Source of the DNA: Octopus bimaculoides
Lineage: Eukaryota
DNA length: 64,000 bases
Assembly (NCBI RefSeq): GCF_001194135.2
Contig: NC_068986.1
Location: 27,578,357-27,642,356 of the forward strand
Direction of reading: 5' to 3'
Of this stretch, positions 52,118 to 63,154 are shown in pieces; the first letter of the stretch is position 1; each line of letters starts with the position of its first letter. The notes beneath the pieces were generated by a model. That model ran no database searches and was not told the DNA's origin. It saw only the letters and a program-made list of their open reading frames with translations. The translations under genes and the position numbers were made by a program.

Positions 52118-52588
52118 TATTAATAATAATAACAACAACAACAACAATAATAATAATAATGAATTTTAAGCATGTGAAATTATTCCTAAGTATTACAAAT
52201 AAACTCAAAAATTCCCCTCAAGGTCGGAAATATTGCCAAAAGCTTACATTGTCCAAAATATATATATATATATATATACACACGTGTATGTGTGTGTGTG
52301 TATTTATATATATATGTATATATGTATGCACAGGCATGGCTGAGAAGCTTCTTTCCCAATGATGTGGTCTTAGGTTCAACCCTACCACATGGCACCTAGG
52401 TATAGTGTCTACTACTATAACGATGGTGCCAACCAATATATGTGCACACACATACAACCATGCCAGCATGGAAAGTGGACATTAAATGATGATGATGATA
52501 TAGGCTATTATTTGCAAACTTGGAAGCATGTACCATGCTTTCTTTGATTGTTTTAGGTGCCTATATTACTGTGAGCAGACATAGGCTA

Positions 52589-52684
52589 CCTCTGGGCTCT
52601 CCCACCTCTGGGCTCTTCCACCTCTGGGCTCTCCCACCTCTGGGCTCTCCCACCTCTGGGCTCTCCCACCTCTGGGCTCTCCCA
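52589..52684. repeat. 16-bp x6 minisatellite CCTCTGGGCTCTCCCA
   Basis: Five perfect units and one single-substitution unit. Confidence 0.98.
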
Positions 52685-53043
52685 TCCATTGATCTCACAG
52701 TACATTGGTAATGTAAGAGCTGGAGGGAGAGAGAGAGAGTTGCTCCACCTTTAGGGTGGTGCTTTTCTTCATTTCAGTTGACAAGATCTGTGTAAAATAA
52801 AGTGCTTTGCTTACGGACTTAATACACTGTCCAGATCAGGAACTGTTCCCATGTTCTTGTTTATGATCATGAGGTAAATACACTTAACCATCAAACCATG
52901 TGCCCTCATACACACCCAAACACAAGCGTGCACACACGTTTGTGTTGTTGAGAAATTTGGTTCTCTGTCTCTCTCTCCGTGTCTCTCTGTCTCTCTCTCC
53001 GTGTCTCTCTGTCTCTCTCTCTCTCTGTCTCTCTCTCTCTCTG

Positions 53044-53107
<64 letters not shown>

Positions 53108-54640
53108 CACATGCATACAGCTCCTTTAGAGGAAGAACTTAAATGACTAAAAACAGAACACACACACACACTCTCTGAGGGATGGGATTTTTGTAATTTC
53201 TATGAAATTCACTCACAAGGGTTTGGTCAAACTGCGGATAGCGTAGTAGAACATACTTGCCCAAGCTGCCATGAAGTGAGACTGAATCTGTAACCATGTG
53301 GTTTGGGAAGCAAACTTTTTAAGCACGTAGCCACTCACTCACTCTACACACACAAACATTGACACAATGATGTGCAGCCATTACTAGTAAGCTTTGCGCT
53401 ACGATGGAGCTTATCCAGGTTTATGCATAATGTTGAGCATTTGAGGCTTCCCATCTCGTATCTCTCCGAGGTAGGATATTAGTGCAGTGCAAGCCTGTCT
53501 CTGAAGGAACTTCATGGCAGTGTGGATGGTTGATTGGGTTGGATTTAAAACTTCAGTATTGTTGACAAATTATTACCAATCAGTAATATATAGATAGAAG
53601 AAGTGGGTGAGGTGTTTTTCTGTTTGTGTGTGTGTGTGTGTGTGTGTGAATCACTTATCTATTTCTCTTCCAAACATACCAAACGATTTAGTTTAGTTTC
53701 CAAGAGAGAAATTATGTTTGTAACTGAACACATTTTTTTCTTTTTTCTGTCTTTTTCTTTCCTTCTCTTCATTTTTTTTTTGTTGCTTATTTTGCTTTTG
53801 ATGGGGAAATGAAAAAAAAAAAAACATAAATAATGAATTTATTTAAGATGTATTTTGCTAAAATCCGTACCACCACCAGCTTATCTTTCTTGTAATACAT
53901 GTGTTTACATGAAAGCATAAAGAGATATGTTGGGTGGGGGTGTCTGCTGGGATGATGGCAGGAAACAATAAGCTAAGCTAATAGTTTCTGCTAAGTAGGA
54001 ATCTGAAAATACCAAAGGTTTAATAATAATAATCTCTGAAATCTCAAGACAGCTCTTAAGATGAGTAATTCTAGTCTCCTATCTTTTTGCCTGTATTTGT
54101 ATGTATGTGGTGGTGTTTGTGTGCATATGCTTTCTGTATATCTCACAATCCTACACACTCATATATATATACACACGTGTGTATATATATGTGTGTGTGT
54201 GTATGTGCATATATATGTATTTATGTATACATATATGTATGTGTGCATATATTTGTACATATGTATGTATACCTGTGTATTTGAGAGCGCACGTGTGTGT
54301 GTATGCTATGTATATAAATGTATGTGTGTGTATATATACATACACACACACTCATAATCATACGTATGCTTGTAAGACAGAGAAACATTATCTCTCTGTC
54401 TCTCCTTTACTCTCTGTCTCTCCTTTACTCTCTGTCTCTCTCTCTCTCTCACACACACACACATACACACATACCACAACAAGATACTTCTGCCTCAGTA
54501 TGTAATCAACTTGTTAAGCAGAATATTAATCTTCTAGAGCTTAAGTGAAATACAATTACAGCTGTTGCTATCAGCACTTCATTTTATAGATTGTTCTGAA
54601 AGTGGAATTGTAGTCTTGGCATAATGTGGACAGTTTTAGC

Positions 54641-54901
54641 TGAGACACAAGGTAATGGTGGACCATGTGGCTGAAACATGAGGTGATTGGTGGTAGACCA
54701 TGTGACTGAGATGTGGTTGAGACATGGTATTAAGTGGTGGCCCATTTGATTGAAACATGAAGTAACTTATGGTGGACCATGTGACTGAGACATGAGGGAA
54801 TAATGGTGGATCATATAACTGAGATATGGAGGAATTTATGGTGGACCACGTGATAAAGACATGAAGTAATGGTGGCCCATGAGACTGAGTCATGGAGTAA
54901 T
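54641..54901. repeat. Degenerate ~31-35-bp minisatellite (GGTGGACCATGTGACTGAGACATGA...), 7 units
   Basis: Unit starts 54657, 54689, 54736, 54771, 54805, 54840, 54871. Confidence 0.92.
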
Positions 54902-54981
54902 TAATAGTTGATCCTGTGACTAATTAATAGTTGATCCTGTAACTATTTAATGATTGATCCTGTGACTAATTAATGGTTGAG
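54898..54981. repeat. 23-bp x3.6 minisatellite TAATTAATAGTTGATCCTGTGAC
   Basis: Unit starts 54898, 54921, 54944, 54967. Confidence 0.95.
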
Positions 54982-54984
54982 TTA

Positions 54985-55162
54985 TGCTGGAGCATCGCTT
55001 TGATAATTGGTTTAGTTGTACAAGTGGATCTCAGTATTTATCTTTTCTAGGCCCGGTACTTTCTCTAATAGCCTTTTTTTTGCCGAACCGCTAGGTTGCA
55101 ATGATGTAAACAAACCAACACTGGATGTCAAACTTTGGTGGGGTACAGTGAAAAGCACAAAG

Positions 55163-55196
<34 letters not shown>

Positions 55197-55284
55197 TAGG
55201 CTTCTACACAGCATCCGTTTAACAAATTCATTGATAAGGCATTGTTTGGCCCGGGGCTATAGTAGAAGGCATTTACCCAAGGTA

Positions 55285-55290
<6 letters not shown>
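54985..55290 (-). mobile_element. Family A SINE
   Basis: TTTGCCGAACCGCTAGG...GGCTATAGTAGAAGGCATTTACCCAAGG. Confidence 0.85.
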
Positions 55291-55323
<33 letters not shown>

Positions 55324-56506
55324 NNNNNNNNNNNNNNNNNNNNNNNNNNNNNNNNNNNNNNNNNNNNNNNNNNNNNNNNNNNNNNNNNNNNNNNNNNNNN
55401 NNNNNNNNNNNNNNNNNNNNNNNNNNNNNNNNNNNNNNNNNNNNNNNNNNNNNNNNNNNNNNNNNNNNNNNNNNNNNNNNNNNNNNNNNNNNNNNNNNNN
55501 NNNNNNNNNNNNNNNNNNNNNNNNNNNNNNNNNNNNNNNNNNNNNNNNNNNNNNNNNNNNNNNNNNNNNNNNNNNNNNNNNNNNNNNNNNNNNNNNNNNN
55601 NNNNNNNNNNNNNNNNNNNNNNNNNNNNNNNNNNNNNNNNNNNNNNNNNNNNNNNNNNNNNNNNNNNNNNNNNNNNNNNNNNNNNNNNNNNNNNNNNNNN
55701 NNNNNNNNNNNNNNNNNNNNNNNNNNNNNNNNNNNNNNNNNNNNNNNNNNNNNNNNNNNNNNNNNNNNNNNNNNNNNNNNNNNNNNNNNNNNNNNNNNNN
55801 NNNNNNNNNNNNNNNNNNNNNNNNNNNNNNNNNNNNNNNNNNNNNNNNNNNNNNNNNNNNNNNNNNNNNNNNNNNNNNNNNNNNNNNNNNNNNNNNNNNN
55901 NNNNNNNNNNNNNNNNNNNNNNNNNNNNNNNNNNNNNNNNNNNNNNNNNNNNNNNNNNNNNNNNNNNNNNNNNNNNNNNNNNNNNNNNNNNNNNNNNNNN
56001 NNNNNNNNNNNNNNNNNNNNNNNNNNNNNNNNNNNNNNNNNNNNNNNNNNNNNNNNNNNNNNNNNNNNNNNNNNNNNNNNNNNNNNNNNNNNNNNNNNAG
56101 GATGGTGGAGGTAGGAAGTGGAACAAGGAGGAAGGGACAGAAGGGTATAGCAGTGAAGTAGAGGCCAGGACAGAGGTATAGATAGAAAGATGGAGGAAGA
56201 CAGATAGATAAATAGATAGAAAGATAGATAGATAGATAGACAGATAGATAGATAGATAGATAGAAAGATAGTCACGTCAGAATAATAGTAGACTTACTTG
56301 TAAAATAGGACGTGAGATAAAGAGACCAATGGCATAAGTAAATCTATATTTTATGTAGAATGTCTTACAGCTGTTTCAGGGAAAATTCAATGTATCCCTT
56401 CATATATATCATTGTTATGTATTCATGCATCATACTTCAGAAAATTGTCATAGCTTTACATACACACATGTGAAGTGTGTGTGTGTGTGTGTGTATACAC
56501 ACGCAT

Positions 56507-56566
<60 letters not shown>

Positions 56567-57299
56567 NNNNNNNNNNNNNNNNNNNNNNNNNNNNNNNNNN
56601 NNNNNNNNNNNNNNNNNNNNNNNNNNNNNNNNNNNNNNNNNNNNNNNNNNNNNNNNNNNNNNNNNNNNNNNNNNNNNNNNNNNNNNNNNNNNNNNNNNNN
56701 NNNNNNNNNNNNNNNNNNNNNNNNNNNNNNNNNNNNNNNNNNNNNNNNNNNNNNNNNNNNNNNNNNNNNNNNNNNNNNNNNNNNNNNNNNNNNNNNNNNN
56801 NNNNNNNNNNNNNNNNNNNNNNNNNNNNNNNNNNNNNNNNNNNNNCGTGGCCAGTAAGTGGAAACGGTCATGTTTTTGCAATTTCAAAAGACAATATGCC
56901 GTATAGACAAATTAATCAGAACTGGCATGTTTAGTTTATAACATGCGTGCTGTTTAGTCACGGAGAGAGAGAGAGAGAAACGGGTGGAGGTACAGACACG
57001 AGTCGGTATGGTTTTACGAAATGTGTGGTTTTTTTAAAAGGAGCTGGATTACAGCTCATACTGTCATACAAACTTCGTGTGTTTTTTTTTTTATCTCGTT
57101 CGTCTATATTACGTAACATAACGTGGCTCTGATTAACTGAAAATAAAAGTACTTGGATTACAGCCGTTCACAGTTGAGTAGTTCAGAGTTGTGTGTTTAG
57201 AGAGAGAGAGAGAGAGAAGAGGGGTGAAGTGGGCAATAAATACATTGAAATATAAAGGTCATATTCCATCACCGCTACCTCACCTTCCCCACCCTCATC

Positions 57300-57331
<32 letters not shown>

Positions 57332-57376
57332 CAGTAACAAGATATAGGTAAAACTTACTTGCAGTAGGTATACATA

Positions 57377-57547
57377 GGCGCAGGAGTGGCTGTCTGGTAA
57401 GTAGCTTGCTCACCAACCACATGGTTCCGGGTTCAGCCCCACTGCGTGGTACCTTGGGCCGACCAAAGCATTGTGAGTGGATTTGGTAGACAAAAACTGA
57501 AAGAAGCCCATCGTATATATATATATGTGTGTGTGTGTGTATGTGTG
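57377..57547 (+). mobile_element. Family A SINE head with a 26-nt internal deletion
   Basis: GGCGCAGGAGTGGCTGTCTGG head; CCTTGGGC joined directly to CGACCAAAG. Confidence 0.95.
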
Positions 57548-58235
57548 NNNNNNNNNNNNNNNNNNNNNNNNNNNNNNNNNNNNNNNNNNNNNNNNNNNNN
57601 NNNNNNNNNNNNNNNNNNNNNNNNNNNNNNNNNNNNNNNNNNNNNNNNNNNNNNNNNNNNNNNNNNNNNNNNNNNNNNNNNNNNNNNNNNNNNNNNNNNN
57701 NNNNNNNNNNNNNNNNNNNNNNNNNNNNNNNNNNNNNNNNNNNNNNNNNNNNNNNNNNNNNNNNNNNNNNNNNNNNNNNNNNNNNNNNNNNNNNNNNNNN
57801 NNNNNNNNNNNNNNNNNNNNNNNNNNNNNNNNNNNNNNNNNNNNNNNNNNNNNNNNNNNNNNNNNNNNNNNNNNNNNNNNNNNNNNNNNNNNNNNNNNNN
57901 NNNNNNNNNNNNNNNNNNNNNNNNNNNNNNNNNNNNNNNNNNNNNNNNNNNNNNNNNNNNNNNNNNNNNNNNNNNNNNNNNNNNNNNNNNNNNNNNNNNN
58001 NNNNNNNNNNNNNNNNNNNNNNNNNNNNNNNNNNNNNNNNNNNNNNNNNNNNNNNNNNNNNNNNNNNNNNNNNNNNNNNNNNNNNNNNNNNNNNNNNNNN
58101 NNNNNNNNNNNNNNNNNNNNNNNNNNNNNNNNNNNNNNNNNNNNNNNNNNNNNNNNNNNNNNNNNNNNNNNNNNNNNNNNNNNNNNNNNNNNNNNNNNNN
58201 NNNNNNNNNNNNNNNNNNNNNNNNNNNNNNNNNNN

Positions 58236-58565
58236 TTTCATTAATGTTTTATGTAGTGTTTTTGGTACCGAAAGACTTTCAAACTTCGTATACTTATCTA
58301 TTTTGTGTTATAGAACAGAAAAACATTTTTGTATTCGGATTTATTTCATGTAAAAAATTGTCTTATTTCGATAATTTCAACCAATCACTGACAAGTATTC
58401 AGCGGTTTACGTAGTCAGCACTTACTGTTATTCGGCTGAATGGACGTCAGTCATTGGTTGAAATTACAGAAATACGACAACTTTAACTTGAAATAACTTG
58501 CGATGTACGTTTTTTTGTTAAGAAGACTAAGAGAAAAAGATGTTTTATATGACACATTTTACTAG
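58236..58565. mobile_element. Probable foldback/MITE-like element with a central ~156-bp imperfect palindrome
   Basis: Arms AATTTCAACCAATCACTGAC (58373-92) and GTCAGTCATTGGTTGAAATT (58446-65) match 19/20; imperfect pairing extends to 58341-58496; outer limits uncertain. Confidence 0.65.
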
Positions 58566-58914
58566 TGTCCCAAGTTAGAAAGTGTTTCGTTAAGAAAATA
58601 CTGGTGCCCCCGTTTTGAACAAGATCCGTAGCCTTAAAGTGTGTTCCCTTGAAGCAAGAAAAGAAATCAATGTTATTGACCCTCAAGTTATAAGGACTGT
58701 TGCTTCTAGAACCTTCGATCTCTTCATTCGCCTGCTGCTTGTGCTGCCTAACTTTCAGAACAGCTTCGATCATGCAGACCTGTGATCGAAGGTGTTTCAG
58801 CTGAGATCATCTTGTCATTTTACCAGTCAGGGTATTTAGACCACCACATTTAGTTGGCAATTATATTTTACGATTCCGTATTGCTATTGTTTACTTCTCG
58901 CTCAGAGATTTAAT

Positions 58915-58963
<49 letters not shown>

Positions 58964-59461
58964 NNNNNNNNNNNNNNNNNNNNNNNNNNNNNNNNNNNNN
59001 NNNNNNNNNNNNNNNNNNNNNNNNNNNNNNNNNNNNNNNNNNNNNNNNNNNNNNNNNNNNNNNNNNNNNNNNNNNNNNNNNNNNNNNNNNNNNNNNNNNN
59101 NNNNNNNNNNNNNNNNNNNNNNNNNNNNNNNNNNNNNNNNNNNNNNNNNNNNNNNNNNNNNNNNNNNNNNNNNNNNNNNNNNNNNNNNNNNNNNNNNNNN
59201 NNNNNNNNNNNNNNNNNNNNNNNNNNNNNNNNNNNNNNNNNNNNNNNNNNNNNNNNNNNNNNNNNNNNNNNNNNNNNNNNNNNNNNNNNNNNNNNNNNNN
59301 NNNNNNNNNNNNNNNNNNNNNNNNNNNNNNNNNNNNNNNNNNNNNNNNNNNNNNNNNNNNNNNNNNNNNNNNNNNNNNNNNNNNNNNNNNNNNNNNNNNN
59401 NNNNNNNNNNNNNNNNNNNNNNNNNNNNNNNNNNNNNNNNNNNNNNNNNNNNNNNNNNNNN

Positions 59462-59646
59462 ATATATATATATATATATATATATACATACACGACGGGC
59501 TTCTTTCAGTTTCCGTCTCCCAAATCTACTCACAAAGCTTTTGGTCGGCCCAAGGCTATAGTAGAAGACAGTTGCCTAAGGTGCCACGCAGTAGGACTGA
59601 ACCCGGAACCATGTGGTTCATAAGCAAGCTACTTACCACACAGCCA
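59462..59646 (-). mobile_element. Family A SINE head, young
   Basis: CGACGGGCTTCTTTCAGTTTCCGTC...CTTACCACACAGCCAC. Confidence 0.95.
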
Positions 59647-60459
59647 CAAAGTTTCCGAAGGATCGATGTTGTACCTGTATATAAAACCCGGTTGTCTGTG
59701 AGCTAATGGAGATTTGACTGTCATTTTTAGTAGCTGAATTAACCACGAGGCTCCTTCGTTTTCTCTTCTCCGTCGACTGTAAAAGCTTTGTCCAAATCTT
59801 GTTTTCATTTTTTTTTACCCCTTTAGCTCTTCTCTTCTCCACTGTTCTCTTTCTCTTTAAGTAGTTAGACTGCAATTCGTATCAACTCTTTCCACAAGAG
59901 GTTTCGCCGGTTTGGATGTATTTTTCTATTCTCGATAAGAAGGAATTGAGAGGGAATTTTTTTTAATGGATTTCTGGTTTATTTCATATTGTTATTATTT
60001 TATATTTCGTTCATTATTTTATGTGTGTGAAACACATTAAAACAGCTTCAATTAGGGCTTGTTAAATAACATCAATCAATAGTTAACTTTGAAATAGCCT
60101 TTCCTAGGAACTGGTCCATCCATACTCTTTCGCCCAACCAGAGGAACTTCACACAAACACACACTTTGGAAAACACTCGTGCCTGTAGTTGTTGTGGTGC
60201 TAGTGGTGGTGCTGGTGGCTGTAATGTTACTGCTACAGTTGTTGTCATTGGTAATTTGTTGTGTCCTTGTTGTCGCTGCTGCTGTTAATTACCCATGCAA
60301 ATGAATGCTTTTTATATTCGGTGAAATGTCTCAAAAATTATTCTTTTATTAATTATTGAGAATCTAATCCAGGTTTATTGACTTGTTTTCAATTTCTACT
60401 TGAAAGCCTTTCCCATCACCCCCTACGCTCCCCCACTGTCTCCCTCGCTCACCCCCCCT

Positions 60460-60491
<32 letters not shown>

Positions 60492-60761
60492 CTCGCATAT
60501 GTCTCCAATGTCCTTGAGAGAGAGAGAGAGAGAGGGAGAGACAGAGACCACATTCGTTTCTCATAAATCTGTTGTGACAATCCATTTCAGAAATCATCGT
60601 CGTTTGTTGAATTTCTTTCTTGATCTGCCAGGTTCAGCAGGCGTACATACTGTCAAATGTGTTCCAGTTATGACCATCATGTCTTTTATTCACACATAGC
60701 GTTAAGAGAACTCGACATGCAATATCTCTTTTCTTTTCTCCTTTTTTTTTTTTTTTTTAAA

Positions 60762-61070
60762 GGCGTAGGAGTGGCTGTGTGGTAAGTAGCTTCCTTACGA
60801 ACCACATAGTTCCGGNNNNNNNNNNTAAAGGCGTAGGAGTGGCTGTGTGGTAAGTAGCTTCCTTACGAACCACATAGTTCCGGGTTCAGTCCCACTGCGT
60901 GGCACATTGGGCAAGTGTCTTCTGCTATAGCCGCAGGTTGATCAAAGCCTTGTGAATGGATTTGGTAGACGGAAACTGAAAGAAGCCCGTGTCGTATATG
61001 TGTGTGTATGTGTTTGTTCCCTCCAACAAACGGCGGTGCATCAGCATGGCCGCAGCTCTGAGCTGAAACT
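60762..61070 (+). mobile_element. Family A SINE with an internal 3' deletion; head duplicated across a 10-N gap
   Basis: ~58 nt of identical sequence on both sides of the Ns at 60816-60825. Confidence 0.95.
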
Positions 61071-61443
61071 AGAGGAAAGAAAATAAATAAAATAATACTA
61101 CAGGGTATGTAACAGTATGGGGGATGTTTTAAGGTATGTTTTACGTTATATTTGACTGATATTTTTAGTAGGTCAAACGCCCAAATTGAAGTTTCTTCTT
61201 TGGTAGACTTAGTGGTATAACAGGCTCGGTTGATGTAGAGCTAGCAGAATCGTTACCACATGGGAAAATGCTTGGTGGCATTTTTTCTGGCTTACGCTCT
61301 AAGTTCAATTACCTCTGAAGTCGACTTTGTCTTACAACCTTTCGGGGGTCGATAAAGTAATTACCAGTTGAGCGCAGAAGGGTAATGTCATCTACTTATC
61401 CCCATAAAATTTTGGGTCTTGTACACCAAATTTTGAAACAACA

Positions 61444-61513
<70 letters not shown>

Positions 61514-62766
61514 NNNNNNNNNNNNNNNNNNNNNNNNNNNNNNNNNNNNNNNNNNNNNNNNNNNNNNNNNNNNNNNNNNNNNNNNNNNNNNNNNNNNNNN
61601 NNNNNNNNNNNNNNNNNNNNNNNNNNNNNNNNNNNNNNNNNNNNNNNNNNNNNNNNNNNNNNNNNNNNNNNNNNNNNNNNNNNNNNNNNNNNNNNNNNNN
61701 NNNNNNNNNNNNNNNNNNNNNNNNNNNNNNNNNNNNNNNNNNNNNNNNNNNNNNNNNNNNNNNNNNNNNNNNNNNNNNNNNNNNNNNNNNNNNNNNNNNN
61801 NNNNNNNNNNNNNNNNNNNNNNNNNNNNNNNNNNNNNNNNNNNNNNNNNNNNNNNNNNNNNNNNNNNNNNNNNNNNNNNNNNNNNNNNNNNNNNNNNNNN
61901 NNNNNNNNNNNNNNNNNNNNNNNNNNNNNNNNNNNNNNNNNNNNNNNNNNNNNNNNNNNNNNNNNNNNNNNNNNNNNNNNNNNNNNNNNNNNNNNNNNNN
62001 NNNNNNNNNNNNNNNNNNNNNNNNNNNNNNNNNNNNNNNNNNNGGGGGGGGGGGTGAGATAAAAAACAAGAGGACCCGAAACCAACAGGATTGCGAAACG
62101 TACTTGACATCCGCATCAACAATGGCTGTAGCTTTTGAAATATTTCTGGGATTCAAAACAGACGAAGCAAATTAAAATTTGGTTTGTTTACTGGAATCGA
62201 ACCTAATCCACTCTTGGTGGATTAGGAAGATGGTGCTGGTGATGGTGGTGTTGATAGTGGATGTAGTGGCGTCTAACTTCGACACGCTCATGGATTTCGT
62301 CTTGGCTGACGGAATGGCAGGCACCCCAGTACCTCCTGGTACTTATTTTACCGAATCTCCATTTTGGATGACATAAAAATCGCTCTGGTTGGAATTGAAC
62401 ACAGAATGGGCTAGGTCAGAACTAACCATTACAGGACAGTATGCCCATCCATTATCCCTTCTGTTTCATTGTTGCTTTTGTGGTGGTGATGATGATGATG
62501 TTGTTAATGGTAATGATGTTCTTTTCTTGGCTGAACACTAGAGGGGTGAGGTATGCCTTATAAATGTTTGAATTGGAATGTGGAGGTATTTTGCGATGGA
62601 CTAGCGTATCGTCCAGTGGCAGAGCTAGGGTTTGTTTCACATCAACTGTTACACTACGGACACTGAGAATTATAAATGCCATTGAGGGGTGGGGAAGGAA
62701 GACTCCAGAATTTGAACTCCTATACCCTGGAGTACCAAACTACATATCACAATGAAGTTCCATTTT

Positions 62767-63154
62767 TGTTGTTGGCACTCCGTCGATTACGACGTCGAGG
62801 GTTCCAGTTGATCCGATCAACGGAACAGCCTGCTCGTGAAATTAACGTGCAAGTGGCTGAGCATTCCACAGACACGTGTACCCTTAACATAGTTCTCGGA
62901 GATATTCAGTGTGACACAGAGTGTGACAAGGCTGACCCTTTTGAATTACAGGTACAACAGAAACAGGAAGTAAGAGTGAGAGAAAGTTGTGGTGAAAGAG
63001 TACAGCAGGGTTCGCCACCATCTCCTGCCGGAGCCTCGTGGAGCTTTAGGTGTTTTCTCTCAATAAACACTCACAACGCCCGGTCTAGGAATCGAAACCG
63101 CGATCCTATGACCGCGAATCTGCTGCCCTAACCACTGGGTCATTGCGCCTCCAC
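62767..63154 (-). mobile_element. Family D SINE, full length (388 bp), tRNA-Arg-like head, (CAA)n tail
   Basis: A box TGACCCAGTGG and B box GGTTTCGATTCC on the minus strand; TSD-like flanks TCCATTTT (62759-66) and TCCATATT (63155-62). Confidence 0.95.

Noticed and set aside
54657-54901. CRISPR-like palindromic repeat/spacer appearance (also the family B unit arrays)
   Set aside because: Units are homologous along their whole length with no unique spacers, there are no cas genes, and the context is eukaryotic repeat DNA.
58483-58785. Protein-like open frames on both strands (96-aa minus ORF; EARKEINVIDPQVIRTVASRTFDL on +)
   Set aside because: They overlap the foldback element and a family E remnant; no recognisable motif or splice sites.
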